64,000 bases of DNA from a virus. Lineage: Duplodnaviria; Heunggongvirae; Uroviricota; Caudoviricetes. This document shows positions 50,543 through 60,668 of this stretch, in pieces; the stretch's first letter is position 1, and the number at the start of each line of letters is the position of its first letter. The position numbers and the translations under genes are program-made. The stretch is from IMG/VR virus record IMGVR_UViG_3300028591_000092, positions 43,662 through 107,661 of that record. The stretch is one strand, 5' to 3'. Under the pieces are notes generated by a model that saw only the letters and a program-made list of their open reading frames with translations, did no database searches and was not told the DNA's origin.

Positions 50543-51156
50543 CAACTCCACTCTCCTATAATTCCAAGATTATCTACAATTGTAATATAATATCTCTTAC
50601 TAGCTTTTATTTCCGGATTCTTTATCCAATTAACAGTATTGGGTACAGTTAATGTAGTAGGAGTGCTACTAGACACAAATTCTACAATATACTCCTAGGC
50701 TATTGTAGAATCATCTAATTCAGATAAAGTTAAATTTAATGAAGTCAAAGGATCATCAAACTTATAAAATATATTTGGATATATAGACAAAGATTGAGAA
50801 GTTCCAGAAACATGTTCTATTCTCATGACATTCTATTTTTCAGAAATGTCTTGGTGCTCTGTTAAATAACCAGAGTCATTATCAAGTTGAGAAACTTTAT
50901 CAGGAATATCACTTTTTAGAGCGAATTCGTCTGCCGGAATTCCTCCTAATCTTGCTGCTATTTCTATTAACTTCTAATAATCTTCCTTCTAATAAAACTT
51001 AGGATTAGTGTCGAATCTTATTTTTACCTCCCGCAACAATTCCAAGAATTCCCTATCATCCTAATATAAGTTCTAGTTATTAGGATGTTGTTTCTTTAAT
51101 GACCTAGATGTTGCGGAAATGTTATTATTTATAGGCATTTCAATCTATCGATTCAT
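50542..51156 (-). CDS. Tail fibre-associated protein, 204 aa; absent from the ORF track
   Basis: MNR[TAG]IEMP...IRFDTNPKFY[TAG]KEDY...VSQLDNDSGYLTEHQDIS...IVDNLGIIGEWS-TGA. Confidence 0.68.
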
Positions 51157-51157
51157 C

Positions 51158-51445
51158 TTACTTTACTTTACACTCACAATTTGTATCGTGAGAAACATTA
51201 ATTGATACATCTCCTTTTGATAGAGTAACTTCCATTCCAGCAAACACACATTCAAATCCTACTCCTAATGAAGCAAATCCCATTACTTCTCCAACAGCTG
51301 CTAAAACTGAAGAATTAATCTCTCCAATAGGAGGAACAAACCAGGAGGCAATAATTAGTGCTGCACTAACGCCTAGAAATACCCAAAATAAAATCCGTGC
51401 CCATTTTGGGCTATTACTCCAATATTGCTTTATATCTTTAGCCAT
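51158..51445 (-). CDS. Holin-like small membrane protein, 95 aa
   Basis: Two hydrophobic helices around SWFVPPIGEINSSVLAAVGE. First gene after a promoter. Confidence 0.5.
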   Translation of the reverse strand: MAKDIKQYWSNSPKWARILFWVFLGVSAALIIASWFVPPIGEINSSVLAAVGEVMGFASLGVGFECVFAGMEVTLSKGDVSINVSHDTNCECKVK

Positions 51446-51509
51446 CTTTAAAAAAAGATTTGTGTTAAACAATTCTTATAAACCTATTATTCCATTTTAA
51501 TTTAATGTG

Positions 51510-51528
51510 CAAATTTAATAAAAAATAT
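51510..51528 (-). promoter_or_regulatory. Bacteroidota-type promoter for the leftward tail/holin operon
   Basis: ATATTTTTTATTAAATTTG on the minus strand (TAnnTTTG). Confidence 0.62.
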
Positions 51529-51689
51529 CCAAATAAAAAACTAAATATCGATAAATTTTAAATACACCATTAAACATCATTTAAATTTAATAATATTATT
51601 AAATTTGTAATATAATAGAATAAAACAGCGAGAAAACAATATTATATATCTTTTTTAAGATAAAGTGGGAATATAATTTTTTATCTAAA

Positions 51690-51707
51690 ATATTTTTATT
51701 ATCTTTG
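51690..51707 (+). promoter_or_regulatory. Bacteroidota-type promoter for phoH
   Basis: ATATTTTTATTATCTTTG, 17/18 identical to the 22218/40868 motif. A second TAAATTTG lies at 51600-51607. Confidence 0.65.
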
Positions 51708-51730
51708 TATTATCAAATTTTTTAATTAAA

Positions 51731-52441
51731 ATGGGAAAAACAAAAAAGAAATCAGGAACAAAACAAACATTGGAGTTTATTGAAAAAGAGGAAAAATTCC
51801 ATGTCAAACAAATTAAGTGCAGAAGCCAAAAACAAAAGCAGTTTTTAAAAGTATTAGAAAGCAATACAATAACTATTTGTATAGGGCCTGCAGGAACATC
51901 TAAAACTTATACAGCTGTTTATAATGCACTAAAAGCATTAGAAAAAAAGCAAGTGGAACAAATAATTCTTATAAAACCTAATATTGATATTCCTGGATAT
52001 GAACTAGGTTTTCTTCCAGGAGATTATCAAGATAAATTGGACCCATATTGCTACAGCTATTATGATTAGATTGATAAAATAATAGGAGAAAAATTTAGAA
52101 TTTAGCTTATAAAAGAAGGAAAAATAAAAATCATTCCTATTGCTCTTTTAAGGGGTAGAACATTTGATCATTCTTATGTAATTATAGATGAAATATAGAA
52201 TTGTAATTATGATGCATTTAAAACTATAATTACTCGTATTGGAGAAGGTTCTGTTTATAATTTAATGGGAGATATTGGACAAATTGATTTTAGAAAGAAA
52301 TCAGAATCAGCTTTGAAAAAAATTCTTGATCTCTTTAAAGACGATCCTGAAATAGGAACATTTGAATTTACAGAAGAAGATGTTGTTAGACATCCTCTTA
52401 TTACACACATTCTTAATAAATTGAAAATACTTGAGAAGTAA
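51731..52441 (+). CDS. phoH: PhoH-family ATPase, 236 aa
   Basis: GPAGTSKT, LGFLPG, LRGRTF, IIDEI[TAG]N, ITRIGE, GDIGQID, VVRHPLI. Three in-frame TAG; TAA at 52439-52441. Confidence 0.93.
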
Positions 52442-52508
52442 AATATAAAAGAGCGTCAGTTATGGGTATAGAAATACCGAAGTCAAAAAGAACTAATCTT
52501 ATAGACGC

Positions 52509-52547
52509 AAAAAAGGAGGGCTAAGAAATTAGTCCTCCTTTATTTTT
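52509..52547. terminator. Bidirectional intrinsic terminator between convergent units
   Basis: AAGGAGGGCTAA-gaaa-TTAGTCCTCCTT flanked by an A6 tract and T-rich sequence. Confidence 0.8.
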
Positions 52548-52981
52548 ATCTTCATTTTTCCGTAGTTATAAAAGTTCACTCTACAATGATCACACATTAA
52601 CTCTTTAGCATCTTCAAACATCTATAAAGCAATTTCTCCCTATAAATATTGAAGTTCTTCGGAATATGGCGGAATTTTATAATATTCTGCTATATGTGCC
52701 GCAGCATGACCTATTTCATGAATAAATGTATTAAAGAATTCTTTAGCTGAAGTAGTTTTACCTATTACCATAAAAGTAACATGTTTCTATTCATCAGTAT
52801 AAGTAAATCCTGTGTTTAATTCATCATTCTCTAACATTTCAGCTGCTCTATAGAAAGAGTCTGGTTCGCAATCTATAGAATCGAGTTCATCTAATATCCC
52901 CTCTATAAAAGGATCTTCAATTAGATAAAAAACTTTTATTAACCAATCGTAAGTATCTAAATAGACAATCTAAGTTTTCAC
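52529..52981 (-). CDS. HExxH (zincin-like) metallopeptidase-like protein, 150 aa; absent from the ORF track
   Basis: GTG start overlapping the upstream TGA. FIHEIGHAAAH...EELQYL[TAG]GEIA. TAA at 52529. Confidence 0.68.
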
Positions 52982-53385
52982 AGTAGATCGTCCCACGGAA
53001 TGCTTGTACCAGAACCAATGCAATCCGCATAAAATCTTGTAAAAGGCATTCCATCATATCCATCTGGATCTTCAACAACGTCTTTCACATACTTTGCCAA
53101 TTGTGTTTCATTTTGAATAGATGAACCCAAGAAGTCTGCTTTGCACATATTTGCTATGTAAACAGCATCATAATCTATTTCAAACTTCACATTCAACTTA
53201 TCCTACAATGCTTTTAGAGATTCTAATGTATATGGTTCTATATACTCCTTCTTCTCTCCATCCTTCTTATACATCTTTGAAACTGCCCATTGACACATTT
53301 TCTTATTAAAGTGCCATCCATTAAATTCTAAATAATTTTCCATAGCTTCTGGAAAAGCACTTCTTGAGTCCAATCTTGTCTTCAT
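52978..53385 (-). CDS. Conserved phage hypothetical protein, 135 aa
   Basis: Track ORFs 53203..53385 and 52978..53196 are in frame across one TAG. Contains NGWHFNKKMC, YIANMCKAD and DPDGY motifs. Confidence 0.75.
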
Positions 53386-53394
53386 ACTCTTTAA

Positions 53395-53583
53395 TTAATA
53401 ACGACGTCTACCCATTCTATAAGAGCTACGCTCACCGTATTTTGTTTCCTCCATAGCAGCTTCATAACCATCTTCATATCCGCATTCGTAGGCTTCTTCA
53501 GGACTTTTATCATAATCTCTCATGCCCATTCTGCGGCCATATCTAGAGCCGTCGCGTTCTCTTATTTCCCACATTCTATTCAT
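53395..53583 (-). CDS. Small Arg/Gly/Tyr-rich low-complexity protein, 62 aa
   Basis: MNRMWEIRERDGSRYGRRMGMR...YECGYEDGYEAAM...GERSSYRMGRRRY. Confidence 0.68.
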   Translation of the reverse strand: MNRMWEIRERDGSRYGRRMGMRDYDKSPEEAYECGYEDGYEAAMEETKYGERSSYRMGRRRY

Positions 53584-53584
53584 A

Positions 53585-54109
53585 TTAGTTTTCCTTTCTA
53601 TTTAATTGCTCAACCAACTTTTTATTAGTCTCCATTAGACTCTACATATTTTGAGCCATTATATTCATCTACTCCTTTAAGTTGGTTAGTTCTTCTTGCT
53701 ATTGCTGCTTCTAAGCATATTCTGGATTTAAATCGTTTAAGATCGCATCACAGCTAGCAATAATTCCTTTATGCTAATCAATACTATTTATAATATCGAG
53801 ACTTCTCTACTTATAAGAGAATATTTCAGCATTCATTGCACCTCTACTATCAGAAACTACTACAGAATCTCCATTAGAAGAACTGTCGGCAATTTCTGCT
53901 GTGGCTGGAAGTCCACTATAATTAACTACTCTGTCCCCAACTTTTATGGTAAGGTCTATAATCATTTCTTGTGGTTGACCAAAATTAGGAATAGATGGGT
54001 ATTTAGCTCTTGGCATAGGTACATTTGTTACAGTACCTACTTCCAATGAAGGATTTGCTCCTTTATGGAATATGTAAATTGGACTATTTTGTCTAAGTGA
54101 TTGAAACAT
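53585..54109 (-). CDS. Conserved phage hypothetical coiled-coil protein, 174 aa
   Basis: MFQSLRQNSPIYIFHK start. Continues through six TAG to TAA at 53585. Confidence 0.72.
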
Positions 54110-54123
54110 AATTAATTAAATTT

Positions 54124-54462
54124 TTAAACGGTTCCAGACATTATTTGTAAAATGTCTCTAACTCTATCATAATAAAATAGGTACATGCCTATTCCGGCAA
54201 TATCTGCTACTGTAAGTGGAGTTCCACCGTAAGTAGTTACTGTTGAGGTAAATCCGCTCATAGTTAATCTTACAGGTAGAGTACCTGTGGTGCCGGCAGG
54301 AATCTCATTAGTTAAATTAACTAATACTAATCCTCTAGCAGGTACAAATCTACTTAAAGGTTCATTTAAAGTAATTGTAACTGCATCTGCACCAACAGAT
54401 ACACTAGTAGAATCCAATATAGCAATACCGTTTTGATTTACAAAAGGTGATCTATAATTCAT
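54124..54462 (-). CDS. Hypothetical beta-rich protein, 112 aa
   Basis: Intact ORF within the module. Confidence 0.68.
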   Translation of the reverse strand: MNYRSPFVNQNGIAILDSTSVSVGADAVTITLNEPLSRFVPARGLVLVNLTNEIPAGTTGTLPVRLTMSGFTSTVTTYGGTPLTVADIAGIGMYLFYYDRVRDILQIMSGTV

Positions 54463-54480
54463 ATTCTACTCCTTTCTTTA

Positions 54481-55374
54481 TTAACTCCAGTATCCATTAC
54501 CATAAGGGAATGCTCCATAACCACCATAAAAGCTTCCGTTTCCATATAAAGAATATGCTGGTACAGCTGTTAATTGAGGCCATTGTACGGAAACAGTTGC
54601 TGGTTGAGCAGCTTTAATTGCTTTAACATCGCTGATTACAGGATTTACTAAACCAGATACATAGGCTTCAATAGCTGCAGTTTGATTTGCATTATCAATC
54701 TGATTACGTAAAGCAGTATTAGACGCAGTAAGTAAATCAATCTTTTCTTGCATGTCACGCTCTTTCAGATCACAGAATTCTTTAGTGATCATAGTAGTTT
54801 GAGCTGCAATAGCATCAGTTATAGAACGTGTGTTACGATCCGCTTGACTTCCTAATTGATTTGTCTGTTCGATCGTCTGGATTCTATTCTCGTAACCAGA
54901 TTGAGTGGTTAAGAGACGATTTTCGCAGCAGCATTCACATAGCTGACGACTTAACGAAGCGTCACCAGCCTGAATAGCATTTACTACCTGTAAGCTAGAC
55001 ATACCAACTTGAGCACCTACATTAGCCAAACCAACACTCAGAGTGCTCAGAGCTTGCTGAACATCGCCAAGATCAGTGTGTAAAGTACTAGAAAGAGTAG
55101 AGATGGCTTCATGATTACCATTAATACCTTGAATAATTAAATCACGAGTAGCGCTGTCGTTTGCATACATTCCTACTGCACCTGCACCATTGCCTCCCCA
55201 ACCTCCAAAGCCATTACCGCCCCAAAGGCCACCAAAGAGAATACCTGCTAAGAAACCAAGGATACCGCCGCCCCAGCCGTTTCCGCCAAAGCCATTATTT
55301 CCTGCAAATGCAAGAGGCCACATAGAGCTGGCACCATCATTTCCGAAAACATAAGTTTTTGCTTCTTCTGCCAT
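54481..55374 (-). CDS. Gly-rich, CECCC-motif coiled-coil phage protein, 297 aa
   Basis: Likely start MAEEAKTYVF at 55374. GFGGNGWGGGILGFLAG segment and QLCECCCENR motif. TAG-free. Confidence 0.75.
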   Translation of the reverse strand: MAEEAKTYVFGNDGASSMWPLAFAGNNGFGGNGWGGGILGFLAGILFGGLWGGNGFGGWGGNGAGAVGMYANDSATRDLIIQGINGNHEAISTLSSTLHTDLGDVQQALSTLSVGLANVGAQVGMSSLQVVNAIQAGDASLSRQLCECCCENRLLTTQSGYENRIQTIEQTNQLGSQADRNTRSITDAIAAQTTMITKEFCDLKERDMQEKIDLLTASNTALRNQIDNANQTAAIEAYVSGLVNPVISDVKAIKAAQPATVSVQWPQLTAVPAYSLYGNGSFYGGYGAFPYGNGYWS

Positions 55375-55391
55375 AATAATAATAAAAAATA

Positions 55392-55497
55392 AAAATTGTT
55401 CAACAATATTTCGAGATCTCAATTTGTAATTACACTGCAAAATTAATATAAATATTGCAATTTTCCAAACGTTACTCAAAATTTGTTGAACAATTTT
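55392..55497 (-). promoter_or_regulatory. Promoter (TAATTTTG, 55445-55438) flanked by a 15-bp inverted repeat / paired palindromic operators
   Basis: AAAATTGTTCAACAA at 55392-55406 and TTGTTGAACAATTTT at 55483-55497 are perfect reverse complements. Confidence 0.62.
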
Positions 55498-55536
55498 AAT
55501 TAAGCAAAAGAAGTTATGTTTAAGTGTATAAACAGT

Positions 55537-55570
55537 AAAACCTCAGGCAAAATATATTGCTTGAGGTTTT
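55537..55570. terminator. Intrinsic terminator after the long fibre gene
   Basis: AAAACCTCAGGCAA-aatata-TTGCTTGAGGTTTT. Confidence 0.78.
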
Positions 55571-55579
55571 AAAGTTAAA

Positions 55580-58500
55580 TTATTGATATTTTATTATGAA
55601 ATTTATAGCTATATAAGGAGGCATATTAGTATGGGCCCCATCTCCACCTGTATTATTATTAATTATTGGAAGAGATTCAGAACAAGCATTATTGGTATAT
55701 AATTTATTTACATTGTCTAATCTACCGGTATTACCATTTCTTTCCCAAGCAGATCTGGTTGGATAATTTCCAGGATTAGTAACATCCCCAGTTCCTTCGG
55801 CAACTCTACTAGGAGAAGTTGTTTTTAACTCAGGTTCTAAGAAATTCATACTATGATTATGTGCAGGTATTTGACTTTTTGTTAACGTCACTTCTTTACT
55901 ACCTGCCTTGCTTCCTAATGTAGTATTATAAGTAACACCTCCAGCAGTCATTTGATAGTACCCTGCTTCTACTCCTGCACCCAATGGGAATCTTTGTTGT
56001 AAATTAGGCAGATATATTTTTACATTATCATTACTAAAAATATTTAATATCAACTAATACCAAGTGGATCCGCTAGCAACAGTTGTTCCTACTGTCGTAT
56101 CTGATATTCCATACGAATATGTTGTACCATGATATGTAAATGTATTGGAATAAGTATACGCATCCCCAATTACATCAATTAAATATATATATGATTCAAA
56201 ATTATCAGCATAAGTTTGCAAACTAAGTTTAACGTTTGTGCAATATTTTGTGCCGCCAGAAGCTTGAATCCAGCAATATTTCTTTATTGTTCTTCCAGTA
56301 TAATACTAAGTTGCCGCGCAAATTGCAACCGAGTCTCCGCTACACCATGTCCAATTTCTTGGGCAATTTGCTCCAGGCCACATAACTATTGTCCCAATTG
56401 GGCATCCGAGATAAACATCCTGGATACCATTTACTGTTGCTAAAGCAGAATCTTTATTACTAGAAGATCCATCTATCACAGTGAAAGCGTTACTTCTATT
56501 TCCATCTGTTCCGTCTCCAATTGCAAACAATGCACCTGAAGTGCCAGACTTGTTATATTTACCAGCAGCGGTCATATTGTCCTAATCTGCTACTGTATAC
56601 CAACCGCTAGCGTGAGAATTTGTTCCAGATGCGGTTGTTGCCGTTCCTTCTGCATGTGAACATACTCCTGATGCTTGCGTATTAGAACCCTCTGCATGAG
56701 AATATGTTTCCAATGATCCACAATTATATCCCTCGCAGTGAGATGCTAGCCCTCTGGCCCCCTTTAGAGAATTATATATTACAATATAATCTCCTACAGA
56801 AGGAAGTGTTGATGATGAATCTGGAACTGAAAATGTTATATCAGAAGTTCTTACTACTAAGCTATTAATGGAAACAGAGGTTCCATTAGATAAATGATAT
56901 TTATCATAAAATCCAGTACTTTGTGAAATTTCAACTAGTGGTATTACAGGGATTGCTATAATATCTCCTTCACTAACATTAGTTACTTCACATTCAAATG
57001 AAATCGCATGGTCTTGATATCCTTCTGCATGAGCGTCCTGGCCAGAAGCTGCATTTCTAGATCCTTCAACATGGCTTCTCTCATTATGAGCAACATTTAA
57101 ATATCCTTCTATATGTCCTTGATGAGAATAAAAATTACTATTATATTCTCCTTCTACATGAGATGCATATCCAGTAGCTCTATTCCCATTTCCCTCAACA
57201 TGCGAATAACCGCCAGAAGCTAAATTATTTCCTCCTTCTACTACAGCATTAATTCCAGAAGCAGTGCCCCCTCCAATTTCTAATTTATTAGCATGCAAAG
57301 TCCCATTGGTTGCATATACAGAACTATTAGAATATGTTTGTGGGTAAGTATCCTATGAAAGAGCTCCAACAAAATATAATTTAGAAGTACTATTAGTAGC
57401 TCCCGCTGTATTCTTAGTATCAGTTCCTCCTTGAGACGGGCCCATAATATTCATACCAGTAAAAGTAACGTAATAAGTACCGCCGCTTATGGAAGATATT
57501 GAGTATATATTTCCTTTTCTCTCAGGAACATCTACACCTCCATCTATTACTAAATCTCCTACCTATAAACTTCTAGGGGCATCAACAGTATCAATTGTAT
57601 TATTACTAAAAGTATTTCCATAACAAATTAGACTTCCGGCATTTCCCTATATTCCTTGAATATTACAAGTATAATTCCAAGTATTAGCAGCTATCGCTTT
57701 ATAAACGTTGTATGTACTTGTATTCAAATACATATCCCCCGCTTTAGATCCTGGCACAGAAACAACGATACTTGTTCCTGTTCCAGTGATAGCTGTTCCA
57801 CTAAACCAATATGCCGAAGAGCCTGCCGCTCCAACTGGTCCTAAAATATTACTTCCAGTATCTGTTACATTTACCACCGGATATTCTCCAGATGAAATAG
57901 CGTCTATTTGATATATATTTCCTCTTCTTCCTTCTTTCTCCTATCCATCATCAATAATAAAGTCTCCAACGCGCATATCTGGATCATACTACGACATTAG
58001 TTCATCTGCTTCTGTAGATCCAATGAATATTCTAGTTCCGTCTTCTCCAGCAGTTCCTGTATCACCTTTAGGTAATACAAAATCAAATACAGCTGCAGAA
58101 GTTGTTCCAGAATTAGTTACAGAAGCAGTAGATCCAGAAGTTACAGTTCCTACTGAAATAGTTGCTGCGGCGCCATCGTTTCCATTTGATCCAGAAGCGC
58201 CTCTAAGACTATCACTATAAGTATAATTTTGATCTCCTTCTTTTCGTACTCCTAATTTATATGCATTAGCACCGGTTCCCCATATGAATTCCAAATCTTT
58301 CCCATCTGCCCCATCATTTCCATCGGTTCCGTTAGTGCCATCTGCGCCTTTTAAACTATTGCTGTAAGTATAAGAAGATTGTCCTTCCTATCTTACTCCT
58401 AATTTATTAGCGTTGTCTCCTGTACCCCATGTAAATTCAAGACTTTTACCATCTGTCCCATTTGTACCATTTGTACCATCAGTTCCATGGGCTCCTTTTA

Positions 58501-59281
58501 AATCAGCACTACTTGTTCCGCTAGCACTTGTAATAGTAAGAGTAGTTCCTGACCAGCTGTGAGTACAAGATGTTCCGTTTGTACCATTAGTTCCATTAGT
58601 ACCGTTTTCTCCTACAAACTTTACCCAACTTAAATTACTATTTCCTGGATAAGTTGAGGAAGATGATGTTCCAATACCTATATATTTATCTCCTGATTGC
58701 GGAGTAGTATGAGCTTGAGTTGAATCATCGCTTGCTAACGAACTACTATAATATCTTATGAATAGATAAGAAGAAACTCCATTATCGCCTTTAGGTCCTT
58801 TAATTTCTCCACCATCTGTAAATGTAGAAGGAAGAGTCGTTAAAATCATGAGGTGACCATAAGTATCACTAGAGCTGTTTTGATCAATATAAGCATCTCC
58901 AATTTGTGTACAAGAAGCCGCATCTGGTTTTACTGCAACTCCAGTGCCGTCTTGGCCGTCTTCACCTTCTGCTTTCACGCCAGTATCTGTTGATCCAATC
59001 ATCCAATGTTTACTAGACGAATCTATATGTGGGGTTATACCGTCTTGGCCAGCAACAGAAACTTCTGCCCAAGTTACAGGACTAGTAGCAGTTAATTTAT
59101 ATAATTTACTAGTATTAGGATCATGTACAAACATTCCGACTTTTAATCTATCAGTGGGGATATTTGCTTTATCTGATGTGACCACAAATCCACCTTTACC
59201 ATTAATGTCTTCATGAGTTGGATATGTATTTCCTGTTCCTGGATCAAACATACCAGGAGTTAATACTTTTGCATATGCCAT
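55580..59281 (-). CDS. Long tail fibre: collagen-like repeats, SHxEG adhesin repeats and a C-terminal tail-collar domain, 1233 aa
   Basis: Six track ORFs in one frame. GxxGxxG stretches, SHVEG/SHAEG repeats, and CPIGTIVMWPG...LPNLQQRFPLG...HTNMPPYIAINFIIKY. Confidence 0.82.
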
Positions 59282-59290
59282 AATATATTA

Positions 59291-60268
59291 TTATTGAATT
59301 GTAAACTATTGAGTACCTTGAGAATAAGTTCCAACAAGAACTATTGTGTATCCGTTTTCTAAACCCTTGTGTGTAAAAGTACTTATGTTAGCACTATCTA
59401 TAGACATTGGACCAACAGAACTCTTTAATGTATATCCATTTGTCCACCACGAGCTTTTAATGATAAAATATAAATTTCCAGAGCCAGTAGCGGATTTTGT
59501 GCCTATACTACCTACTGATGTATACAAAGGGCTGCTTGCAAAATTAGTTTTAGCCGTAGCGTCATCAGCCGCAAATCCTAAATAACATCTATAAGAAACC
59601 TTTGCGGTAGCATTAGGAGATAATGTTGTAGTCCCGTCTGTAACAGATCCAGAAACTGTAATATCAGTAGTTGTTCCTGTTTTTGTAGCTGTTGTTTCTC
59701 CAGTATTGCCGTCAATACTATAAGAAGTTATTGCTTTTGATCCTGCAGTCGGAGTTAAAGTAAATGTAAGTTCTGTTCCTCCACCACTTGTACTATCGTA
59801 TTCAAACTTACTAGGACTAGCAGAAATACTAGCAGTAGGAGCAACATAAGGATATAACAAACCATCAAACATATCTTTTAAACTTTTATTACTAAATGTA
59901 CTTCCAGCAGTCCAACCGCCAACATCTCTTGGCATTGCCGTTGCATTAGTATATTTAAACTCTGTAGCATCTGCTGATAAAACTCCATTAGCATCGATTG
60001 ATAAATTTGTTCCAACCTTAACTCCTCCCAAGTCATTAGCAGAAGCTGTGGGAAGAGTATAAGGCGATGGAATAGTAGGTTTATCTGTCAAGTCATTATA
60101 AGACCCACTAGTGGCAACATCAGCAAGATTGCTAATATCTTCCTAAAGATCCGCAACATCTTCATGTAATTCAGTAACATGACTTGAAATAACATAAGTG
60201 ATATCATTTAATTTTCTATTCACCCAAAGGCGAATACCAATTAATATATTTTCTATAAATTCAGGCAT
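59291..60268 (-). CDS. Tail fibre-associated protein, 325 aa
   Basis: MPEFIENILIG start. Contains LADVATSGSYNDLTDKP and YTLPTASANDLGGVKVG fibre motifs. Confidence 0.7.
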
Positions 60269-60269
60269 A

Positions 60270-60668
60270 TTATAATGTAATAATATTTGTTAATAATTTA
60301 TCATCAAGAGATTCTAAATACTTAATCTGATAAGATTTACTAAATATAGTAGGGCATGTAATATTTCCTTTCTATGCACTTAACCATTCTCTAAGTAATT
60401 TAGATTGTGATTCTGTTATACATTCTACATCATATTCATCAGAAATTTCTATTTGATGTTTTCTTCTTAATCGTCTTACACTTTCTAGCATTATAAAAGA
60501 CAAACAAAATCTAATAATACCAGGTATTTCTTTTATATTATAATTCTAAAGAACTTTTTCGTGCGTAAGGCGCCCTTGACGATAATCATCTGTACCATAA
60601 AAAGATCCATCTGGATAAATAAATCCACACGTTATATCTTTAATATTTCCTGTTGAGTCAATGAACAT
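60270..60668 (-). CDS. Hypothetical protein, 132 aa; absent from the ORF track
   Basis: MFIDSTGNIKDITCGFIYPDG... is open to TAA at 60270 with two TAG. Confidence 0.55.

Noticed and set aside
52495-52515. c-di-GMP-I riboswitch suggested by GACGCAAA
   Set aside because: Other conserved elements (GCAAACC, tetraloop-receptor stem) are absent, and the site lies 3' of convergent genes.
54481-55479. Track start at 55479 for the Gly-rich protein (and 49344, 51472 and 43429 for other genes)
   Set aside because: The 55479 extension runs through the promoter/operator region, 49344 and 43429 run into the upstream gene, and 51472 is a low-complexity leader. Downstream ATGs (55374, 49320, 51445, 43417) fit coupling and spacing better.
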